This document shows positions 25,487-33,018 of a stretch of 40,017 nucleotides of DNA, piece after piece. Position 1 is the first letter of the stretch. Each line of letters begins with the position of its first letter. The stretch is taken from positions 1 to 40,017 of the IMG/VR virus record IMGVR_UViG_3300032236_000402; one strand, given 5' to 3'. Under the pieces are notes generated by a model that saw nothing but the letters and a program-made list of their open reading frames with translations, ran no database searches and had not been told where the DNA came from. This DNA is from a virus (lineage: Duplodnaviria > Caudoviricetes). The position numbers and the translations under genes were made by a program.

Positions 25487-27538
25487 GTGGACCAGATTAA
25501 GTCGCAGGTTGATAGCCTGTCAGAGCTTAGTGACGAACAAGTCGCCGAGCTTCAAGCATCTATCATCAGTGAATTTGAATCCTTCGAGTCCCAGGACCCT
25601 ACCGCTGAGTCAGTTGACGCTATGACGTCGCTTGCCGATATGCTGGATTCCGTTCGCGGAGAAGCCCAGCGTCGTGAAGCAGCGCTCCAAGAGCTAACTG
25701 CTCGGGCATCCGAAGCAGCTATGCGCGTAAAGGGCGAAGACGTCACATCAGATAGTGAGTATGCAATGGACAACCAAACCGATGATGTCACCCCAGGTGA
25801 CCAGACCGACGTAACAGATGGCACACAGCCAGATGCTACCGACGATGGCCAGCCAACCGATGACACCACTCCTGCCGCAGAGGTAGATGTAGTTGAGGCT
25901 CAGCCAGTAGTTCCTACTGACGACCAGACCTCAGCATCTGACACCCCTATGGAGGACATGGGAGAGGCCCCAGTCGAGACCCCAGGTCAAGACGAAGGCG
26001 ACCAGACTCCAGCAGAAGAGGACCAGGAGACTCCTGAAGAGGAGAAGGCTGAGCCTATGGAAGAGGATGACCAGAAGAAGGCATACGCAGTTGAAGGTGC
26101 AGAAGCAGCAACTGAAGCAGTAGAAGGTTCTGAACTCGCAACAAACACCCCAGAAAGCGCAGAGCTTTCAGCTGATGTAGCACCCGCTACCGAGGCATCA
26201 ATCGAATCAACAGATGCTCCACAAGAGCAGGAAGGGCAGGTTCCCGTGACCGCCGCAGCAGACGAGAGCTTCTCAGCTCCAGCTGACCGCCAGCCCCTAA
26301 TCCAGGTTACAGAAGCCCCAGTAGCAATCACTGCTGGTGCAGACATCCCTGGCTACACAGCTGGTAGCACAATTGACAACATGCAAGGCGTTGCCGAGGC
26401 AATGGAGAAGCGTCTCCACTCGCTACGTCGTGTAAACGGTGGCGACGGAGAGCAGCACATTGTTGCTTCGTTCACCACTGCATTCCCAGAGGACCGTACT
26501 CTTGGAACAGATGCAGAGGCAAACTGGAACAAGGTCCAGAATGTCGTTGGCCCAGAGGCTCTTACAGCTTCGGGTGGTCACGCTGCTCCATTCCAGGTTA
26601 AGTACGACATCTACGCAATCGGTTCAACCACAGTTCGCCCAATCCGCGACTCGCTGCCTAGCTTCCAAGCTGACCGCGGTGGTATCCGTTTCGTAACCCC
26701 ACCTCGCTTCGACCAGAACTACTACGACAACGCCGTAGGTATCTGGACCGCAGCTGTGGATGCCGCTCCTTACAGCAACACCAAGACATCGCTCACCGTT
26801 ACTGCTGCTCAAGAGCAGACCGTGTCAACCGACGCCGTCACCTTGCAGCTACAGTTCGGTAACCTGATGACCCGTGCGTACCCAGAGCTTATTGCTCGCC
26901 ACAACGAGCTTGCTCTCGTTCAGCACGCACGCGAGGCCGAGGTCAACCTCGTTAGCAAGATTGGTGCAGCTTCGACAGCTGTTACTACTTCTTCGCTAAT
27001 CGGTTTTGGCCGCGACTTCCTGGTACAGGTTCGTCGCGCTGCCGTTGGTTACCGCTCACGTCACCGCATCGACGTCAACACCCAGCTGAAGGCTATCATT
27101 CCTCAGTGGGTATACGACGCGATGGCTGCTGACCTCACCCTCAACATGCCTGGTGACAACAACCTTGGCGTCTCGAAGGCTGAGATTGACGGTTACCTAG
27201 CAAACAGCAATGTAACTCTTATCCCTTCTCCAGACATGACCGTATTCTCTGCTCAGTCTGCTGGTGCTCTTCTTGAGTTCCCAGACAGCTTCGACTGGTT
27301 CTTGTTCGCTGAAGGTACGTTCTTGTTCCTAGACGGTGGAACCCTCGACCTCGGAATTATCCGTGACTCGACCCTCGTCGGTACAAACGACTACAAGATG
27401 TTCATTGAAACATTTGAGAACGCTGCATTCGTTGGTATTGAATCGCTGAAGATTACTTCTACAATCAACGTCAACGGTGTTGCTGCTGCTCTCCGCGACA
27501 CCACTGGTGGCGCAACCGCAGCTGCTATCGAGTACTAA
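25487..27538 (+). CDS. Major capsid protein with long acidic N-terminal scaffold-like extension
   Basis: Strong RBS and biased codons; ALTASGG..RPIRDSLPSFQADRGGIRF, GNL..RAYPE and LDGGTLDLGIIRDS resemble actinophage HK97-type capsids; downstream hairpin. Confidence 0.85.
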   Translation: MDQIKSQVDSLSELSDEQVAELQASIISEFESFESQDPTAESVDAMTSLADMLDSVRGEAQRREAALQELTARASEAAMRVKGEDVTSDSEYAMDNQTDDVTPGDQTDVTDGTQPDATDDGQPTDDTTPAAEVDVVEAQPVVPTDDQTSASDTPMEDMGEAPVETPGQDEGDQTPAEEDQETPEEEKAEPMEEDDQKKAYAVEGAEAATEAVEGSELATNTPESAELSADVAPATEASIESTDAPQEQEGQVPVTAAADESFSAPADRQPLIQVTEAPVAITAGADIPGYTAGSTIDNMQGVAEAMEKRLHSLRRVNGGDGEQHIVASFTTAFPEDRTLGTDAEANWNKVQNVVGPEALTASGGHAAPFQVKYDIYAIGSTTVRPIRDSLPSFQADRGGIRFVTPPRFDQNYYDNAVGIWTAAVDAAPYSNTKTSLTVTAAQEQTVSTDAVTLQLQFGNLMTRAYPELIARHNELALVQHAREAEVNLVSKIGAASTAVTTSSLIGFGRDFLVQVRRAAVGYRSRHRIDVNTQLKAIIPQWVYDAMAADLTLNMPGDNNLGVSKAEIDGYLANSNVTLIPSPDMTVFSAQSAGALLEFPDSFDWFLFAEGTFLFLDGGTLDLGIIRDSTLVGTNDYKMFIETFENAAFVGIESLKITSTINVNGVAAALRDTTGGATAAAIEY

Positions 27539-27561
27539 ACCGACAGCAACCATCTAGTGAA

Positions 27562-27593
27562 GGGTGGCGCTCTGGGAAACCAGGGCGTCACCC
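27562..27593 (+). terminator. Stem-loop after the capsid gene (no U-tract; attenuator or stabiliser)
   Basis: GGGTGGCGCTCTGG-GAAA-CCAGGGCGTCACCC. Confidence 0.7.
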
Positions 27594-27632
27594 AACACAG
27601 ATAAAAATAGATTTTATTAAGGAACAAAGAAT

Positions 27633-28529
27633 ATGGCAAAACCAGAATTTAGAGGCATTTATCCTGCTTCTCCTCTTACTCCAATGGAGTACGGCCTATT
27701 CAGCGTAGCCAAGCCAATTCATCACCAGCCAGATGACGTTGATGCACGTTGGGTTCGTGGCTTCTTGGTTGACTTTGAGTCCCGCCCGAACTACGTCCGC
27801 AACTGGAGCGAGACCAGCGCAACTAGCGAAGTTGCATTCTCGGACATTACTTCTCCGCACTATGCGGATATTCGCCCATACTTTATTGAAGTTGAAGACC
27901 ACGCGACAACGATGTCGCTCTTGGGTCTTGACCGTTTTGCTCGTGTTCTACGCCAGCTTGAAGGTGTTACTCAGCGTAACGTCGAGCGCGAACTCTGGGA
28001 AGGAACTATCACTCAGGGCGAGAACTATAAGAACCCATACCTTCGTGACCCAAACAGCGCAACTGTTTTGAATAGCGGAACTGCTCTATCGCCACAGCGT
28101 GCACTTGCTCTTCTAGAGCACCACATTACAATGATTTCTGCCCCAGGTGAGCAGGGCAACATTCACATGACCCGCGACGTAGCAACAATGCTTGGTACGC
28201 ACTGGGAACTTCTTCGCATCGATGATGGTGATGGAACCCACCACCTAGAGACAGTCTCAGGAACCAAGATTGTTCTTGGTGCTGGCTACACAGGTAATGG
28301 ACCTGTAGGTGTTTCAGGAGCAACTGCTTCTGACACCATCAAATGGATTTACGCAACTGGAAACCTAAATGTTCATCTAGGTCCTTCAGAGGTAGTAAAC
28401 GACAACCTGGCACAAGCCTACGATGTCGCAGGAAAACAGAATGACCTGAGAATCAAGGCGACTCGCCCAGCGGCGGCTTTCTTTGACAACTCGATTCACC
28501 TTGCAGTCAAAGTCGATTTGACTCTTTAA
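27633..28529 (+). CDS. Second capsid protein (putative pentamer/minor capsid protein)
   Basis: 298 aa between capsid and major tail; VERELW.G, ALALLE, GNIHM, T..GTKIV.G.GY and WIYATG motifs. Confidence 0.6.
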   Translation: MAKPEFRGIYPASPLTPMEYGLFSVAKPIHHQPDDVDARWVRGFLVDFESRPNYVRNWSETSATSEVAFSDITSPHYADIRPYFIEVEDHATTMSLLGLDRFARVLRQLEGVTQRNVERELWEGTITQGENYKNPYLRDPNSATVLNSGTALSPQRALALLEHHITMISAPGEQGNIHMTRDVATMLGTHWELLRIDDGDGTHHLETVSGTKIVLGAGYTGNGPVGVSGATASDTIKWIYATGNLNVHLGPSEVVNDNLAQAYDVAGKQNDLRIKATRPAAAFFDNSIHLAVKVDLTL

Positions 28530-28562
28530 AAATAACCAAGATAACCTAAGGAGAATAGCTAG

Positions 28563-29720
28563 ATGGCTACTCAAGAATATGCAGCTAGCATCCAGGGTGT
28601 GTCGATTCGTGTCACCCGCTTGGACGCTGCTGGAAACCTGCTGAATGGTCCTGGCGACAGCTACACCACTTCGGCTTTCCTTCGTGTTTCGTTTACCCCT
28701 GAATATGAAGAGGGCGACGAAATCACCGAGAAGGGCGCTAACGGTGTAATCTGTGTGTCTTACAAGGCTCCAGATACCCTAAAGCGTGTGAACATGGAGC
28801 TTGCAATCTGTGAGCCAGACCCAGAGCTTTCTGCTCTTATCTCTGGTGGTTTGCTGCTTCGTAAGAACCTCGGAACCAACGCTGACCCTAACTACAAGTC
28901 TGTCGGTTGGGCTGCTCCAGGTGTAGGCGATGACCCTGCTGGCTACGGTGTAGCTATCGAAGTTTGGTCATTCGCTGTGAAGGATGGTAAGCGCTCAAGC
29001 ACTAACCCTTACTTCCACTGGATTTTCCCATTCTGCCGTATGCGTCAATCGGGTGACCGCGTTATCGAGAACGGTCTGATGGCTAACACATTCGAGGGCT
29101 ACGCTCTTGGAAACGCCAACTTTGACTCTGGTATCGATGGCCGCTGGGAGTTCCCAGTTGCTGCTGAGCGTCCATACGCTTACGCACGCACCACATGGGC
29201 TCCAACTGGATTCCAAGGCTTCTACACCTGGTCTGACAACAACACTGACCCAATCTACTTCACAACTGCTAACGCTCCTGTTACCACTGCGGTCACAATT
29301 GCTAGCGCTAACGCTGTGAACACAGTTGGTACTGTTTACTTCAGCGCTGCACACAACCTCGTTGCTAACGATGTTGTACGCATCGATGGTGTTGGTTCTG
29401 CATTCAACTCAGCTAACGCAAGCCTCGGTGTGACGATTACTGGTGTAACCACTGGTGCTTCTAACTCGATTAGCTACACCTTGGACAACGCTGCTAACGT
29501 CGGTTCAACAGTTGTTGCTGCAACCCTGACTCGCTCGGCTCGTGTTACAGTCATCAACTCGGTCAACGAGAACCCACCAGTTCAGGCTAACGCTACAGCT
29601 ATTGCTGTTACAGCTCTGCCTAACACCTCGCCTGACAACAGCTACAACGTTCCTGGTAACAAGTTGTTCAACGCTGATAATGCGATTGACTACGTCATCC
29701 AGTCAAACGAGAACCTGTAA
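28563..29720 (+). CDS. Major tail protein with C-terminal beta-domain extension
   Basis: IRVTRLDAAG..FTPEYEEGDEI..G.ICV; AAGGAG RBS; followed by a strong hairpin. Confidence 0.8.
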   Translation: MATQEYAASIQGVSIRVTRLDAAGNLLNGPGDSYTTSAFLRVSFTPEYEEGDEITEKGANGVICVSYKAPDTLKRVNMELAICEPDPELSALISGGLLLRKNLGTNADPNYKSVGWAAPGVGDDPAGYGVAIEVWSFAVKDGKRSSTNPYFHWIFPFCRMRQSGDRVIENGLMANTFEGYALGNANFDSGIDGRWEFPVAAERPYAYARTTWAPTGFQGFYTWSDNNTDPIYFTTANAPVTTAVTIASANAVNTVGTVYFSAAHNLVANDVVRIDGVGSAFNSANASLGVTITGVTTGASNSISYTLDNAANVGSTVVAATLTRSARVTVINSVNENPPVQANATAIAVTALPNTSPDNSYNVPGNKLFNADNAIDYVIQSNENL

Positions 29721-29736
29721 AAAACTAACTAGAAAC

Positions 29737-29777
29737 GGGCGGCGCATCAGGAGGTCAAACCAACTGATGCGTCGCCT
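29737..29777 (+). terminator. Stem-loop after the major tail gene (no U-tract)
   Basis: GGGCGGCGCATCAG-N13-CTGATGCGTCGCCT. Confidence 0.7.
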
Positions 29778-29798
29778 GATTCATTAGAGGAGATATAA

Positions 29799-30917
29799 AT
29801 GAGCGGAAGCGGTCTTTGGATTAGTCCAGATGAGCTAGGCGATTACTCAAACACTGAGTATGCTTATGAAGCGGCGAGCGCTGCTTCGTATCTTCTTTGG
29901 TCTATGTCTGGACGTAAATTTACTGGACCTACAACAGTCACAGAGCGTTACGCCTGTGTACTTCGTAATAACCGTCTAGGTCCATCAACTAAAACTAACT
30001 CTCCAGTTCTTTTCGGTGGAGACGTTTACAACATTCCTTCTGGTGACTTTGATGAATACTCGGAACTTGTTGCCGATGGTATGTCACCTGAATCTCGTAT
30101 TATTCTTCGTGGACGCCCAGTTACTAAAATCCACACAATCCGTAACCGCCTCGGCAAATATATTGACTCATCTCAGTACTACCTTGTAGACCACTCGACT
30201 GTTCAAATTTCTGCTGGGACTCCTTGGACCCCATGTAACACGGAAATTACTTATACCTATGGTGCTCCAATCCCTCTTGCAGCAAAAATGGCTGCTCGTA
30301 AACTTGCTATCGAGTTTGCAAAGCTGTGGTCTGATGACCCAACCTGTGCCCTGCCTCAGCGTGTAACTTCTATTACTCGTCAAGGTGTCTCTTATACCGT
30401 TCTTGACCAGCAAGACTTTATTGACGAACTTAAGACTGGTATGTATGAGATTGACTTGTTTCTCAAAACAGTTAATCCAGACAAAGCTCGTGCCAAGGCT
30501 CGTGTATTTTCTGTTGATAACGCACGCGCTCGCCGCTACACGCCAAAAGCTCTTTACTACCCGACTGGTCCAAAAGATATTGTAATCACTGGTGGGCAGA
30601 CTGGAACTATAACACTTGCTCTTGCAGATATTAATGCAGAGTTCCTAGTCACCGAAACTACTTGGACACCTAGCATCACTGCTCGCAGTTACTCTGGTCT
30701 TCGTTCTTTCCAACTACCACCTAGTGCCGTATCTGTAAACCGAGTAGCTCAAACAATAACAATTACTGCTGACTATGCAAGCTGTATCGCTGTGCTTGGT
30801 ATGGCAGACCCTGGACGCTGGGACTTGTTTGTCTCCCGTCCAGACCTTTCAGACCCCAGTATCGAAGATGTCGTTCTGGTTACCTCTGGCAACCTCTCAA
30901 TTAGCTTGGTTAGCTAG
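29799..30917 (+). CDS. Head-to-tail adaptor
   Basis: AS.LLW.MSGRKF, ITYTYG..P and CALPQRVTSITRQGVS motifs; position in the module. Confidence 0.7.
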   Translation: MSGSGLWISPDELGDYSNTEYAYEAASAASYLLWSMSGRKFTGPTTVTERYACVLRNNRLGPSTKTNSPVLFGGDVYNIPSGDFDEYSELVADGMSPESRIILRGRPVTKIHTIRNRLGKYIDSSQYYLVDHSTVQISAGTPWTPCNTEITYTYGAPIPLAAKMAARKLAIEFAKLWSDDPTCALPQRVTSITRQGVSYTVLDQQDFIDELKTGMYEIDLFLKTVNPDKARAKARVFSVDNARARRYTPKALYYPTGPKDIVITGGQTGTITLALADINAEFLVTETTWTPSITARSYSGLRSFQLPPSAVSVNRVAQTITITADYASCIAVLGMADPGRWDLFVSRPDLSDPSIEDVVLVTSGNLSISLVS

Positions 30918-30949
30918 AGTTAAAATATAAATAAGAATAGGAAGTAGAA

Positions 30950-31162
30950 ATGTCAGTACAAACTAACTTTACTGCCGCAGATATGCTCGGTGCTGCTAAG
31001 CCAGCTGCCGCTAAGCCAGTTGCTCCAAAGGCTGCTGCTAAGCCAGCTAAGGCTGAAAAGGTTGTCGAAGCTCCTGTAGTTGAAGCTCCTGTAGTCGTTG
31101 AAGAGGCTCCAGTAGTAGAAGAAGTTGCACCTGTAGTTGCTGAAGAGCCAGCAGCGGAGTAA
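30950..31162 (+). CDS. 70-aa low-complexity A/K/P/E/V protein
   Basis: AGGA RBS, biased codons, fills the gap between connector genes. Confidence 0.6.
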   Translation: MSVQTNFTAADMLGAAKPAAAKPVAPKAAAKPAKAEKVVEAPVVEAPVVVEEAPVVEEVAPVVAEEPAAE

Positions 31163-31165
31163 CCA

Positions 31166-31675
31166 ATGGCTGGTCTGCTAAACATCAATGATGTTTCTGA
31201 AGACGCCCTCCACTTAAAAAATATGCTGGATGGCGTACTTGAGCGCGTCCAGTCTGTCTACCAGTCCTACAATGTGCCGCTTCCGCAGCGCCAGTATTGG
31301 ACAATGGGACAACCTGCAATCGACTGTGAGCAGTTGGTGGTTAGCCTCATTCAGATGTACCTCGGTACTCCTGGACAAGAGGCTACCACCCCACAGCGTT
31401 GCCATGTGCCAAGAAGTGCAACTATTTCTATCAGTGTTGCCCGTCAAACTGCTGTTGTTGGTATGAATGGTAGACCACCATCGGCATCTCAAATTGAGCA
31501 AAGCGCTTATAGCTCGGCAGTTGATGCTTGGATTCTTATGGAATGCGTAAACTTGTTTGACACTTGGGACCAAGGCGCTGGTTTTGGTCTAGGTGTGATT
31601 GCAACTCTCGATGTTCCAGACCCTCAGGGTGGATACAATATGCCTACCCTGAGCATCACAATGGCTGTTCCATAA
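31166..31675 (+). CDS. Putative head-tail connector / tail terminator
   Basis: Position; PAIDCEQLVV and PQGG motifs. Confidence 0.55.
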   Translation: MAGLLNINDVSEDALHLKNMLDGVLERVQSVYQSYNVPLPQRQYWTMGQPAIDCEQLVVSLIQMYLGTPGQEATTPQRCHVPRSATISISVARQTAVVGMNGRPPSASQIEQSAYSSAVDAWILMECVNLFDTWDQGAGFGLGVIATLDVPDPQGGYNMPTLSITMAVP

Positions 31676-31676
31676 A

Positions 31677-32207
31677 ATGTTTCACGGCTTAGTTAAAGAT
31701 AGCGTTGCCCTAGTTGTAGCCAAAAAAGCTATGAGCTCGATGGCTATAAAGGGAAAAAGCGGTGGCGGTAGTAGCTCTCAGGCTGCCATGCTTGGGAGAA
31801 TCCACTACAAGCTAGACAAACTATATTTCTATCAACCAGACTTTGACATCTTCCTAAAAGAGCCAGAAGGAGAAGTTGGTAAACACCTTCACCGCCTCGG
31901 TAAGTCTATGCAAATTGCCGCTAAAAGAAAAGTTGGAGTTCGCACTGGTCATTTGCGTGACTCCATATATCTAGAACACAAGCGTATGGCTCAGGGGCAA
32001 AAGATGGAAATTGGTTCACGAGTTAGCTATGCCCTCATGCACCACACGGGAACTCGTGCCCACGTTATTCGCCCAACTAAAGCAAAAATGCTTGTATTTA
32101 AGTCTCAGGGGCGTTTAATCGTTACGCCAATTGTTCACCATCCTGGCACAAAAGCAAATAAGTATCTGTCGGATACCTTACAATTGATTTATGCAGAAAA
32201 GTTCTAA
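31677..32207 (+). CDS. HK97 gp10-like tail completion protein
   Basis: VRTGHLRDSI..YA..HH.GT..H.IRP..VHHPGT..NKYL. Confidence 0.75.
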   Translation: MFHGLVKDSVALVVAKKAMSSMAIKGKSGGGSSSQAAMLGRIHYKLDKLYFYQPDFDIFLKEPEGEVGKHLHRLGKSMQIAAKRKVGVRTGHLRDSIYLEHKRMAQGQKMEIGSRVSYALMHHTGTRAHVIRPTKAKMLVFKSQGRLIVTPIVHHPGTKANKYLSDTLQLIYAEKF

Positions 32208-32264
32208 TACTGTTCTGCTATTTATACAAACTACAACGCTTTTATAGCGAGGAAGAGAAACAAA

Positions 32265-32609
32265 ATGACCGCTCGATTTAAGGACTTTGGCACTGGTGTA
32301 GATGACCAGCAAGTGTCAGACCCTATTTCATTCAAGCTTTATGGAGAAGAGTTTTCCTGCAACCCTAAGATTCAGGGTTCTGTAATGCTTCGCCTTATTG
32401 CTGACTCAGCATCTCAGGATGCATCAAAGTCTGCTGCTATCGTTACAGACTTCTTCAACAAGGTACTAACTGAAGAGAGCAAGGCTCGCTTCAATGCTCT
32501 AGTGGAAAGCCCAGACAAGATTGTCTCGATTGACACCCTAGCTGACATTACGTCATGGCTAGTCGAGGAGTATTCAAGCCGCCCTACGGAGCAGCCGTCG
32601 GTCTCCTAG
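32265..32609 (+). CDS. Tail assembly chaperone (gpG-like)
   Basis: 114 aa, two genes before the tape measure; ends WLVEEYSSRPT. Confidence 0.75.
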   Translation: MTARFKDFGTGVDDQQVSDPISFKLYGEEFSCNPKIQGSVMLRLIADSASQDASKSAAIVTDFFNKVLTEESKARFNALVESPDKIVSIDTLADITSWLVEEYSSRPTEQPSVS

Positions 32610-33004
32610 AGTGGGGGATTAACCAATGGCCTTATGTGAATGGAAAAGCGCTAGTGAACGGACTGCGACTCGCAAGCATGGATGTATCAGACATGCTCGA
32701 CGTCCTTCACTACTTCTTTGATGAGGACAGCAGATACTCAACGCCTGAAGAAGCTTCGCATCAAGATGCTGTAAGACACCATGTTTATGGAACTCTATAT
32801 CAAGAGTCTTATAAATATGCAGTGTCACCTGACTCAGAACCAGCGTCTAGGGATTTCACCCCAGACATCGGCGAAGATGATGATTTTGATGTAACTCCAT
32901 TTAACACAAAGAAAAAAGAAGTTAAACCGTTTGTACCATCGACAGACTTTGACCCAGACAGCTTTAACCCGTTTGGCGATGTTCTAGATGGTCCTATTGG
33001 CTAA
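32555..33004 (+). CDS. Tail assembly chaperone, -1 frame extension (gpT-like)
   Basis: Overlaps the preceding ORF in the -1 frame, lacks a clear RBS and directly precedes the tape measure. Confidence 0.65.
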   Translation: MASRGVFKPPYGAAVGLLEWGINQWPYVNGKALVNGLRLASMDVSDMLDVLHYFFDEDSRYSTPEEASHQDAVRHHVYGTLYQESYKYAVSPDSEPASRDFTPDIGEDDDFDVTPFNTKKKEVKPFVPSTDFDPDSFNPFGDVLDGPIG

Positions 33005-33018
33005 GGAGGTGAGTAGCA

